A stretch of DNA of 51,968 nucleotides, taken from Octopus bimaculoides (taxonomy: Eukaryota). The stretch spans positions 104,292,832 to 104,344,799 of the forward strand of contig NC_068984.1 of assembly GCF_001194135.2 (NCBI RefSeq). Reading direction: 5' to 3'. Made by a program: the position numbers and the translations under genes. The notes under the pieces are model-generated. The model saw only the letters and a program-made list of their open reading frames with translations, was not told the DNA's origin and did not search any database. Positions 24,896 through 36,715 of this stretch are shown here, in pieces (the stretch's first letter is position 1; every line of letters begins with the position of its first letter).

Positions 24896-25599
24896 TTATT
24901 CTGTATTAACAGTTTAGAAACTATGCTATTTTCATTAGGTAGAGCAAGCACATAGGGATTCCCTCACTGGTTTGTTTTCCTAGATTTGGGATCGGCTAAG
25001 AACTCCAGAGATTTTCCTCAAATTCTTGGAATGGTTATGTAATAATGGAGTTTTCCTAAACTAATTACTTAATGAAATGGAATTAGTAATGAATTTCTGA
25101 AGAAAATCAATATTTGACGCCAAGTTTAACAGAATAACACATTTGTGTCAGTATTAAGATTAAAGCCCATTAATTAGGCAGAAGAGTGGGCAGGCACCTT
25201 AAGTCATCATCATCAATGTTCATGTTTTCATGGGTCAGACAAAATTTGTTGAAGCAGATTTTCTTTGGCTAGTAGCCCTTTCTGATGCTAACCCTCACCT
25301 GTTTCCAAGCAAGGTAATATTTCTCCATAGCCAGATATGATTTTAGAGAAGATTGCAAATGAGGGACACTGTATGACAGTGATGCTTGTTTTTGATCATC
25401 CATGTGCTGTGAAGACAAGAGTACACACACGTATTTATACACACATGATGAACTTCTTTCAGTTTCTATTTGCCAAATCCACTAACAAGGATTTTGTTGT
25501 TCCAGAGATATAGTAAAAAACACCTTCCCAAGGTCCCACAAGACTAGTCACTCCAAATGTTTCAATCAAACAGTGTGTGTACAAATATAAACATTATAT

Positions 25600-25844
25600 A
25601 GGGAGGGGGTGTTATTAGGAGGAGGTGTTGTGGGGAAGAGATACGACAGGGACAAATTGTGTGCAAGTAGGTTCATGAAAGAGAGGGGAAAAAAGAAGGG
25701 AGAGGAATTCAGTGGGAGGTGAGCAGAGATGGGGGAACGGGGAGATGTCAGGAAGATGTGTGTGTGTGTGTGTGGGTGGGGGGTATGGACATGCCAAAAG
25801 ACAAAATGGTTAATTTAGTTCTATATGTACTTTCCAAAAAATAT
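25600..25844 (+). repeat. Local duplicate B (copy 2), embedded in an ATATAAACATTATATA repeat tract
   Basis: Matches 24225-24470; flanked on both sides by atataaacattatata. Confidence 0.95.
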
Positions 25845-27124
25845 ATAAACATTATATAAACATTATATATGTATAAAAATATATAAACATTATATATGTA
25901 TAAACATTATATAGTGATTATTGAAGCCTTGCACTAGAAATAAAGGGTTTGGGTTTGTATATGTAAAAATAGGGTTTATGAAGACAATTTGAAAGTTCAA
26001 ACTGTAGTGTTATAGACAAAAAAAAAATGAGCTGAATAAAGTAAAATTAATGTTAAGTACTGTTTATTTTTCTTGGATTTGGTATTGTTCATATTGAAAG
26101 AATTAAAAGTGGGAGATATTTGGTGCTGGACTTGTGATTTAAATGATTTTATCTGTTGTAAACTTTAGAAAATGAATCAACAGCAAGTTGATAGCAGTTA
26201 GGTAGGGCTGAACTCCAGTCTGATTTAGTTCTATCAAGACTGAAGACAAATGAAAATATGGAATACAAACTGAATCTTGGATAAAATATGTTAGAAATCT
26301 TAATCCTTTGATGGGAAGGATTTAAGGAATTAAAAAAAAAGTCTTTAAACAAGTAATATTCATTCCCAGATTTCAATCTGTATCATTCCTAGCATCACAG
26401 GGTTAATGAAGATTATTGGTAGATGAATTTAGATTAAAGGATGATAAAAAATTGGAAACCTTTGATTTATAGGAAGACTGCATGGAAGTGAAGATCTGTA
26501 GCACCCAAATTTTATACAACATTAGAAGATATATAAGTAGACAGGAGAATAAAGATATTCAATATAGTAGAGACAGAATCTTTCTGAAATTGATTAGAGA
26601 AAGAACAAGACTATAGAAAAAAATGTGATAATGTACTGTATAACATATCTATAGATTTAACCAGTGAACAATACATGTATACAATATCATTCAATGTCCA
26701 CTTTTCCATGCTTGCATGAGTCAGAAGGAATTTGCTGAGGCAGATCTCCTATGCCCTTCGTGTTGCCATGCAAGGTAACATTTTCCTATACCTGGACATG
26801 TCTTCACAGAAGAATGGAAATGAACAACCTTGATTATGTGATGATGATGCTCATTTACAACCAGAACAGGATGTCTAGACATGGGTACACAATAAAAATA
26901 CACACACACGAATGGGTTTCTTTCAGTTTTCATCTACTAATTCTACTCACAAGGCTGTAGTAGAAGACACTTACCTGAGGTGCCATGCGATGGTACTAAA
27001 CCCAAGATAACATGGTTGGGAGCAAGATTCTTAATCCAACAGCCTATATAAATATTGTAGAGATGTATTATTTACAATGATACTAACACACTGTGTGTAC
27101 TAATACACAGTGTTGGTTATTAAT

Positions 27125-27545
27125 TGTAGCGAGGCACAAGAAGCCAGTGCCATTTTGTATGAGATCTTGCTGGTAGCCATTACCATGTCCGAGACAGGAA
27201 TGAGATCTTGCCTGCAACCATGTGCCATGTGTGAGACGACAGTGAGACTCTGGTCGGCAATGACTATTTAAGCAGGAGAATTAAGACATTCTTTCTCTTT
27301 CTTCCTTCTCACGCTGAGAAACACTGCGAAGCTGGCAGCTCACAGCAGACTCTTATCTTGCTCTAACTTCACCTGTTATCTCCAGAGTTAATGAACCTCA
27401 CATGAATGGAGCTATAATGAACCATGCACTGCCATAAAGATGGTCACTGGGAGTGAGCCACATGAACGAGAACTAAAAAAATAAATGACTACTGAATTGC
27501 ACTCCACTTGTAAATTTCTTTGTGTTCCAGATCCTTAAGCCTACA
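27125..27545 (+). mobile_element. Probable solo LTR (421 bp) in the CIAO1 intron
   Basis: TGTAG...CTACA inverted termini, TATTTAA at 27265-27271 and AATAAA at 27480-27485. Composition differs from the flanks. The TSD is not clean (ttaat/gaaat). Confidence 0.6.
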
Positions 27546-29497
27546 GAAATAATTATAATGGGAGGAGATACTCCATATGTATCACAAACCTTCAATCCCA
27601 TTATATAATAAATCTATAATATATTATAGCAATGAAATAAAACACTTGGGATTTCGTTGACAAAAACAAGAAAGCTAGTGACATTAACCTATCAAACATA
27701 TATCAATCAGTAAGTTAAATATGATAAGTTTTGATTGTGAAATAGAATGAAAAAACAGTGATTATCACACAGTATTATGTTAGTAATTACTTAAAAACAT
27801 TGATAAATCATTTGGTTGACATGGAGTAAAGCAGAGAAAATGTCCAAGTTTTAACTTATCAAGTCTTAAATATATACACCCAGCAAGTGTGGAATGTAAC
27901 AATAATTTAGGACCTAACAAAGAAGTGTTTAGTTGCTGAAAAGCAAAATTCAGAAATTGCTAAAACTACACAGTTAAAACTGAAATGCCTATTACACCAT
28001 CTATGGTGATCAATTGATTCTCATTACAGAATCAATACTATTGTAAAATTAGTGAAATCTGAGATCAAAGGAATGAAGAAGTTGTAATGACTGAGGTGTT
28101 AATGGAGTAGATACCACTAACACTAATTAACACCAAAATGATGGCAATATTAAATTCTATGGTCAATATTCTATAAGCAAGTTCAACTGAACAGTAGAGG
28201 GGGTGGTTTAGAAATATCATACAAAGTAGGGTTGGACAAGAGTATACCATTTGCATTCTGTGAGAAACAATTTTAAAGTTTATAGAAATTGATATTATAG
28301 AACTAGATTTATTTCTTTTATGTCTACTCAACTCATTTCATTGTTCAGACTAATATAACTTATACTATTTCTATAATTCTTCATTTTAATCCTTTTGATA
28401 AAAACCAATCTGAAATCATTTCTGAATCTATGACACAACTTCCTACTTTAAAGTGATCTAAATTAAAACCCTTCAGCAAAATTTCATGTCAATTTATATT
28501 CCAAACATCAGGTTAGTAACGAGAAAGTTATTTTATTAGATTTTTCATTACTTTTAACATTAATTGAATGAAAGGCAGTGTATTTTAGCAGAAATACAGT
28601 AACAAAGTGGTTGATGTATATTTAATTTCATTGAACAGATTTTATCTTTTTATGTAAACTAATTAATTTGGATGAAGAAGTCAGTATGCAGAACCTTTTG
28701 TGATTCTCCTTACAAAGTAGAACCAAAATGGTTGAAGTCAGTGTTTCATTAAAACTTACCAGAAAACTCTAGAAGGATGCATTTAGAGACAGAAAACCTG
28801 TTTAACACTTTAACATTCAGATTACTCAATCAACAGTAATGTTTATATATTCACATTGTTTTGAATTAATCATGTTTTATCTAACTTTGAGATTTTGAAG
28901 TTTAATTTTAGAATGACATTGTACGATAAGTGTTAGAGGCTAGATCTGGTCAATTTTAACATAAAACACATAGAATATATGGGCCAGATATGACCAGTTT
29001 AAATGGTGAAGCAATGAAGATGACAGGAAGCATGAAGTGGATTTAAATTCAGAGAAGTAGAGGCTAAGTAGATGAAGACCACACTCAAACATGGAACAGG
29101 GCTAGAAGGTTGTTTGTGAGAATGTATTTCGCCATCAATCAAATGCACATTATATTAAAAAGATGGATGGGATGTCATTGGAAGCTAATTAACCCTTTTG
29201 TTACATTTTTCTGTTGAAATACATTGCTTTAGTTTCAATTAATTTTGAATATAATGAAGAATTTTATCCAAAATAACTGCCTTATTAAACTAGTGTTTGG
29301 AAAAATAAAGTAACAAGAAATTTTGATGGAAGGTTCTAATTTAAATCCCTTTAAAAAAGAAGTTTTAATTTTAGATCTCAGGGTGATTACAGGAGGGTTT
29401 ATCAAAAGAGTTAACTACTAAACTTTCATGAATCAATGAAAAAAAAAGGGGGGCGGGGGCAATGGACGGCAGGTTTATATTGTTTTATCTATCTTAC

Positions 29498-29894
29498 CTT
29501 CCCATATCCAAACACTTTTGTCTCGGCTGCAGCTAGCAAGGAAGTTGCCATTCTGAGACCATGCAATACATTTTACTTCATTTTCATGACCTTCTAAAGT
29601 TGCTAAAAGTTCAAATTCTCCATTTTTACGACTCCATATGCCACATGTTGCATCAAAGCTTGCACTTGCAATATAGTTACCACAAGGTGACCAAGCTACA
29701 CAACGGATAGTACGAGTATGACCGTCAGTTAAAACAGACTTGCAGACCCATCGTTCACCTTCCAGGCCCCATATTCGTATACATTTATCACTTCCGCAGG
29801 ATGCCAGCAGCCTGCCATCTGGGTCCCAGGCGACACACCATACTTGTTCTTCATGTCCACTTAAAGAGGTGATTTCTTCCATCAAAACAGACAT
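29498..29894 (-). CDS. CIAO1: CIAO1 first coding exon (ATG at 29894; exon begins at 29906 after a tttcag acceptor)
   Basis: [43 protein letters not shown]...[26 protein letters not shown]...[33 protein letters not shown], then G|gtaaga. 397+611=1008 nt gives 335 aa plus stop, in frame. Confidence 0.97.
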
Positions 29895-29984
29895 GTTTAT
29901 GGCAACCTGAAAAGAAAAAAAACACACCAAAAAACAAAAATAAAGAAACAATGGCTATAAAATAAGTTAAATATAATACTGCTT

Positions 29985-30200
29985 TCAAATTTTGGCACAA
30001 GGCCATTAATTTCGGGGGAGGGATAGGTTGATTAGATCGACCCCTAGTGCTCAACTGGTACTTATTTTATTGACCCTGAAAGAATGAAAGGCAAAGTTGA
30101 CCTTGGCAGAATTTGAACCCAGAATGTAAAGACTGATGAAATACCACTAAGCATTTTGCTTGACATGCTAACAATTCTGCCAGCTCACTACCTTACAGTT
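29985..30200 (-). mobile_element. SINE (same family as the 15320-16090 cluster)
   Basis: ttcaaattttggcacaaggcc...ctggtacttattttat...gaatttgaacccagaatgtaaag...ctgccagctcac. Confidence 0.8.
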
Positions 30201-31620
30201 AAGTATAATATTGAGAAGTGTGGAGGTAAATGTCATTCATTTAGGATTTAATCAACAAAGTTTCTTTCTACTATTCCAATTAATAAGGTACCAGCCCCTT
30301 TCTATCAGATATACATATATACACATTGGTCCTGACAATGGACTGAGATAACTGGCACCTAACTGTACTCAAGCAGACCTGTACCCCAGACTTTAAACCA
30401 GTAACTATACAAATCTGTAATCCACTTTTGATTCTTATCTAAAGCCATTTCACTGCACTTATGCTAGTTATATCTTTAGGGAAAGCAGAAATATTACAGC
30501 ATCCCATTTCTACTGTACTTTGTTAAAACAAAATCTAGATGGAGGTTATGTCTGCTCCTATAATTCACATCTTAACTTTATGACTAGAGTTTCTGTCACA
30601 AAACATGATCCTTGGATATGTCTTCTGTAGCCTTGTGTTGACTTATATTTTGTCAGTGGAACTTAGATGGAAACTGCAGAATCCCATCATTTTTTTCATT
30701 TAATGTCAGTTTTTCCATGCTAGCATAGATTGGATGGGGAGGTATTTGAGGTTGGATTTTATGGGCAGATGATCTTCCTGTCATTAACCCATACCTGTTT
30801 TTCAAACAAGGGAGTTATCGTTTTATTCCACAAGCCTTTGAAAATGCATAATAACCACCTATAATATCACCATTCATGCACACACACGTATAATATATAT
30901 CTATATATCCACAAATCATTATCATTATTTTAACGTCCACTTTTCTATGTCTGCATGGGTTGAAAAATTTTTTTCAGAAAAAGGTTTCCTGTTGCTAACT
31001 CTCATTTCTTTCCAAACAAAACAATATTTCTCCATAATCTTGTAGAATATTGGAAATCTAATGACACTGGTGTACTATAAATATTTTAGCCATCACAACA
31101 AATTTTACTTTTAATCTGGTAGAATGTAGTTCACAGAAAAGGGTGTAAAAAATATGCAATGAAAACTCTAGCAGACAAAAATAAGGGACTAGTATTAAAA
31201 TACTAGTCCTGCACTCAATCAAATTGGATGACTCGACAACCATGAATAAGGGAGTCCCTTTGTGGTCACATAACCTGTTAGAAACAGCAACTAAATCTCC
31301 CTCAAATCACAGCCCATCATCTTAAAGAAAGATGAATTCAGCAATGTAGTCCCTGATACAAAAAAAGGTGGGATGATCATGGTTAGAATGTGTTTGATTA
31401 TAGATCTCCTTAACCAGGTATAACCTAAGGTTAATCAAAATAACAGCAACCATGAACTGATAATATACAAATTCTGTTACAAAATGACATAAACCTTAAT
31501 GCTACAAACAAACATTATGAATGTATAACGGCTAAATCCTCAAAAGTTAGTGGGATGATAAATATTTATGAAACTGCTACTCTTGTTATCAAAGGTTTTT
31601 CTCTGTATAGAAGACACAAA

Positions 31621-32230
31621 GGATCTTGTTCAAAACGGGGGCACCAGTTTTCATTAATGTTTTATGTAGTGTTTTTGGTACCGAAAGACTTTCAAACTTC
31701 GTATACTTATCTATTTTGTGTTATAGAACAGAAAAAAAATTCTGTATTCGAATTTATTTCATGTAAAAAATTGTCTTATTTTGATAATTTCAACCAATCA
31801 CTGACAAGTATTCAGCTGTTTAAACTTACTCCTTTGGCAGTTTAAGCGGTGTAAAGCGTATTTAATCTCCATTTATAATTTCGTTAACATCTGCCTGAAC
31901 TGTATGTGTACAACATTTGCTTTTTTCATTTTCTTTCACGCGTGTTTATTTCGTTAACATCTGCCTGAACTGTATGAAAGGTTTATTAGCTACTGCCTAA
32001 CCCTAATCCTACTGCCAATATGCTTCAGCCATTTTTTGATAAGGAAATAATAATTTTATCACAGCCAGAATCATTTGAGAATCGTTTGTTTACGTAGTCA
32101 GCACTTAATGTATTTGGCTGAATGGACGTGAGTCATTGGTTGAAATTACAGAAATACGACAACTTTAACATGAAATAACTTGCGATGTACGTTTTTTTGT
32201 TAAGAAGACCAAAAGAAAAAGATGTTTTAT
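31621..32230. mobile_element. MITE-like element related to the nested element at 37798-38051
   Basis: Begins GGATCT; 31665-31780 is the reverse complement of the 37920-38025 block. Contains a 29-bp direct repeat atttcgttaacatctgcctgaactgtatg. Confidence 0.55.
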
Positions 32231-32419
32231 ATGAGGACTGCATCATGCTCCAATGGATTGCACTGCTTTGGTATCATTTCTACAGCTGGATGTCCTTCCT
32301 AACACCAACCACTTTCAAGAATGAACTGGGGACATTTTACATGGTAGTAGCACTGGGATGCAGAATTGAGGGAGATGGCTTTGTGCCAAATGTTGAGAGA
32401 TTAAGTATGATAGAGGAAC

Positions 32420-33350
32420 AAGAACAGATATCCTACTCTAGAGGAGTTACATGGCTATCCTAGCTGGAAAGAGAAGAAAAAGAGATGGTGGTGATGAGGT
32501 ATCATGGTAGACTTTCAAAGTACAAGAAGGTGAGTATAAGTAAGAATAGGGGCAGAGGATTGGAAAGAGTGTGTAGATAGGTAAGTTTGTGAGAGTGTGA
32601 AAGTAGGGCGACAGATGGTTAAAAATAAGGACAGAAGTAAATGTAGTGAATAGGGAACAAGGGTGGAAGTATGGTTAATGAGTATCAGTTCAGTGGGGGG
32701 AAGGAAGGTGAAGGAAATAGGAGTGGGTTAGAAAGAAGGTGGTGATAAGTGACAGTATAAAAGAAAGGGAGTGTAGAGAGCAGCAGTATCATATGTGAGA
32801 AATAGGGAGATGATGTTATACAGCAGTGAAACATGAGTAATCTGCTCAAATAATCTTGTGATCATGTCTAATTGTTTAGATGTGTCACAAAAATTTTGAA
32901 GAAAATGCTGAATGCTAATTATTGAAAAAGGTACTGAATCGAGCTGGTATTGACTGAACAGAAGTAGAAATTTGTTGTTGCATTTGTAGACACTATATGT
33001 AGTAAGAGGCTTCATAACATTGTACTTTGAAAATACTTGGTGCAGTTTTTTCTCAGACAAGTAATGGGGCCAGTATAACTGAATATTCCCATCCTCTCAG
33101 ATTTGGGACTTTCAACAAAAGTTAGAAATTTCATCCCTTGCAATTGGTGATATGAAACAGTAAAGGTCAAATTTCTCTGACAGTGAAGCATGGAGCTACT
33201 CTACAGCTCTTAAGAGTAAGGAATTCATGCTCATTCTGTTGTATATTGATTAACAAGAGGTGAAGGTGAGGGTGATAGATGTACACCTAGGGATTTGTAG
33301 CAGCAGTTGTTAATGATGAGGAGGATGAAGCAACTTTTCTGGAGGCACAC
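32420..33350 (-). mobile_element. Decayed retroelement fragment (family unresolved)
   Basis: The minus ORF 33060-32728 grades into a pyrimidine-rich tail, similar in style to the purine/pyrimidine blocks at about 10.1-10.5 kb and 51.2-51.6 kb. No diagnostic motif recognised. Confidence 0.35.
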
Positions 33351-34319
33351 AATATACAAGATCTGGTTCAGGAAATGAATGGAGCTCTTACTTCAAATGA
33401 ATCATGTAAGATCAAAAATATCTCAAACCTAACTGAGCTGCCAAACTGCAATTACTTCTTTTGTAGTGGTGGAAGTGAAAAGGCCCAGCTGGACATCTTT
33501 CTTCCATTAACTGATGGCACAAAGGACCAGCTCCACAATAACAACAGTAGCAGCAGCAACAACAGAACCCCCCCCCCTCTAACAATATCAAAATCCACAT
33601 AACAACCAAAAAAAAAAAAAAAGCCTTCAAATAGTGCCCCTCCTTTACTTAATGAAATGCATACATATCACATGTGCAGACTCACCTAATCCTTCTACCA
33701 CCAAGCTCTTCAGAAATAAGGTGAAGAAGGAAAAAAGAGGGAAAAAGAATTGATGATTATAAAGCTGAAGGCTAGAAGGTTTGACATGGCAACAGAGAAC
33801 CTATCAACCAGCTACATATGCACACCATAAAAATCAAACTTGCAACCACACAAACAATAAAACAGAAATGACCACCCAGAAAAACAATGGCAACAATACT
33901 ACTAACAGACAACTAACGAAAGAAAAATTACAGACAGCCCCATCTTACTGAGAAAAAAGTGAAAAATAATGAATGATATGAAAACAATGAACAAAAGAAA
34001 TCTATAGACTTAAGGAAAAATCCTCTGGAAATATGGAAATTTTCTGGAACAGAGAAAAAAGCCTCTCAGAGGGAGTTTTCAAGGAATTACACATGCTCCC
34101 CCATTGCCTGCCCTTCTTTATGACCCCTCTCATTTCTTATCTATGATCAATATAGCTATATGTGTATGAAAGAATGTGGTGTTGTATTTGCTTGGAAGTA
34201 ATGTCACTTGCTCAACAACCTCATTTCATTAGATATGGATGTAAAGGACATCAGTAGGACCAAAATTTCTGGAACACACACTTGCATCCATTTTTGATAA
34301 CTGAAATATATACATCTCT

Positions 34320-34545
34320 TACAAGAGGATGCTGAAAAGTTTCTGGCTTTGGATAAAAGAAAATATAGGAGGATCATTTAATTATGATTTTATTCAACGT
34401 ATTCTCGTCTCAGATTCACACGCTTATTGCAGCGGTCCTTCAGTAGTTCTTGGCCCTGTAAAAGAAATTGGAAAGTTGGGCCTCCAAACAGGCCTTTCAT
34501 GATACCCTTAATGCCGGGAATCTTCCAGCACACCCTCAAAGAGGG
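34320..34545. mobile_element. mariner-derived MITE
   Basis: Ends tacaagaggatgctgaaaagtttctggcttt and aatgccgggaatcttccagcacaccctc resemble mariner TIRs. Confidence 0.55.
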
Positions 34546-36238
34546 TTTGGATTTGGCGGGAGAGTGGCAGTGTTGTTTTAGAAAGTTTTATATCTTGAAG
34601 CATGGACAAACTTCACAGATTTAGATGGTTTAAGTTGGTGTAACTAGATGCAAACAACAGAGAAAGTATTGTCATTAGACTTGTAGCTGTCAATGCCCAG
34701 ATTGAAGCAAGGTTGCCAAATTTCTTCAGGTATCTAGAAACAATTCCCAGTAAGAAATGAGAATTGTGTTCTAGACACACACTGGGATTGTGTGGTATTA
34801 GTCAATGAGCAGAGAAAGTTTAAAAAAAACCCCAAAAAACTTGTCAATTGGATTTCGTGATCATATCAGTGTGAAAATGGAAGCAACTGCATTAATTCAA
34901 CCAGAATGTATCTAGATAGAATATCTGCTAAGTGAGCAGAGTTGACTGAGAAAGTGTACAATTTCAACTGGTTGGCTACTCAAATCACAAATTTATATCT
35001 TGCAGTTGATCTAGCTAGGTTGCACAAACAGAGACCTGGTTACTGGAAGCTGGGTTGTCAACAATCAGTGGTGGATTGTTCTGAAGAGAACAGTTAGGAT
35101 AGAATTGATAGGATCTAACAAAGAAGTAGTACTAGAGAAAATAGGTTCAAAGAGAGGGAGTTAGTAAATGAAGTAGAAAGGGTATATAAGAATGACCATC
35201 TTTTCTACCATGTGAAAATTGGCATCGTCAGAATTAAGGCATGTACTTTAAGACAAGAGAGAATGAAAGCCATGCAGTGGGGCAAAGTGAAAACAATACT
35301 AAAATTCAGTCTTTTGAGGGACTGAGGTTTCCAGTGGTATTTTACTCAACTGTGTAGGACAAATAATGACAGTGATGGATTGGAGATGGAAAGGACTTTT
35401 AGTGTCTACATCAATGGTCTGCTTGACAGAAGAAATAAAATGTTCTGAAAAACCAATAACAGTATCTGAGACACAGTTAGTGGTAAGTGGTTGTGAACAA
35501 GGCAAATTAAGCCCCTAGACCTGTGACCAGCGAGGCTCTCAGGCAACTGCCCTGTGTGCCCGTGTCTTTAGATAGTACTAATCACATCTCATAGTGCTGT
35601 AGGTGTTACATGTCACATGTTTGACACCGAACTTCATATATACACACCAAACTTGTTTGTTAAGGCCTTGGCAGATGTCTGCTGCAACTGGCATTGGTCA
35701 GACTAAATGTCCATCTATCAGAACTATTTTGAATAACATGCTCTGTCAAATTATGAGCATTCCCTTTCATCTTTTCTGTATGTACTGAATCTCAAGCCAC
35801 TGTGGAAACTGAAGGTTTTGTGGGACATCCCATATGAACTGGAATGTAGGTGAGCAAGCAGCGTTAGCATATATGGATATCATTGTAATGGAGTCAGACA
35901 TTATGGGTATTAAGATGTTGACATTGTTCTAGAGAAATACAAAGCAAGAGCAAAAATTAACTGAGATAAGTCAGTGGGCTTGCAGCTTGGACACTTGGAA
36001 AGGTAAGTCCATGCTGCTAGCCAGTGTTGTGAGGAGCTATATTGATGGACCAATTAAGTTGTTTGGGATCTGGTTTTGTTCAGACCTTCAGGTGGATAAG
36101 AAGTAAAATGATTACAAACAGGGATAGTTTTTGGTTGAGAGAAAGCTATTCCTAAAAAGTTGGGTAAAAGTGGTGAATATCTCCTCTGTTTACATTATTT
36201 ACATTTGACGGATATTTGTCCTCATCTTGTTTGTTGTT

Positions 36239-36284
36239 AACATAACGTTTCGGCTGATATACCCTCCAGCCTTCGTCAGGTGTC
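36239..36284 (-). ncRNA. Minimal type I hammerhead ribozyme motif, left arm
   Basis: Reverse complement GACAC-CTGACGA-A-GGCTG...CAGCC-GAAAC-GTT-ATGTT; one stem I mismatch relative to the right arm. Confidence 0.7.
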
Positions 36285-36514
36285 TTGGGGAAATTTTGAA
36301 CCTGGGTTCTCATTCCTAACGATGTTACTATTATTATATTATTATTATTATTATTACTATTATTAATCAGGTCGCTGCCGTGAATCGAACTCGGAATCTT
36401 GGGGTTAGTAGCCCGCGCTCTTAACCACTACGCCATATGCCCGTGGGCAATTATGAGGAAGGATAGAAAAATAATAGATTTATAAGCCCTAAAATTCACT
36501 CCCTAATTGCCCAT

Positions 36515-36588
36515 GGGCATATGGTGTAGTGGTTAAGAGCGCGGGCTACTAACCCCAAGATTCCGAGTTCGATTCACGGCAGTGACCT
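36515..36588 (+). promoter_or_regulatory. tRNA-like head with Pol III A and B boxes (mirror copy on the minus strand at about 36369-36442)
   Basis: A box TGGTGTAGTGG 36522-36532, B box GTTCGATTC 36567-36575, anticodon-like loop CT-ACT-AA. The acceptor stem is unpaired, so this is not a functional tRNA. Confidence 0.85.
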
Positions 36589-36669
36589 GATTAATAATAG
36601 TAATAATAATAATAATATAATAATAGTAACATTGTTAGGAATGAGAACCCAGGTTCAAAATTTCCCCAA

Positions 36670-36715
36670 GACACCTGACGAAGGCTGGAGGGTATATCAG
36701 CCGAAACGTTGTGTT
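36670..36715 (+). ncRNA. Minimal type I hammerhead ribozyme motif, right arm
   Basis: Stem I GACAC/GTGTT; core CTGACGA 36675-36681; extra A; stem II GGCTG/CAGCC; GAAA 36703-36706; loopless palindromic stem III AACGTT; GUU triplet with predicted cut after 36710. Confidence 0.8.

Noticed and set aside
24975-25063. Plus-strand mini-exon candidate (ttttcctag|IWDRLRTPEIFLKFLEW...)
   Set aside because: Short, antisense to CIAO1, with no homology and only a weak donor.
29895-29951. N-terminal extension [15 protein letters not shown] of ORF 29475..29951
   Set aside because: This is the polypyrimidine tract and acceptor (tttcag|) plus 5'UTR; homology starts at MSVLM.
31996-32010. Telomere-like ctaaccctaatcc
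   Set aside because: Under three units and inside a MITE; not an interstitial telomeric array.
36515-36588. tRNA-Ser(ACT) gene
   Set aside because: The acceptor stem does not pair and the sequence continues into a repeat body and tail; it is a SINE head.
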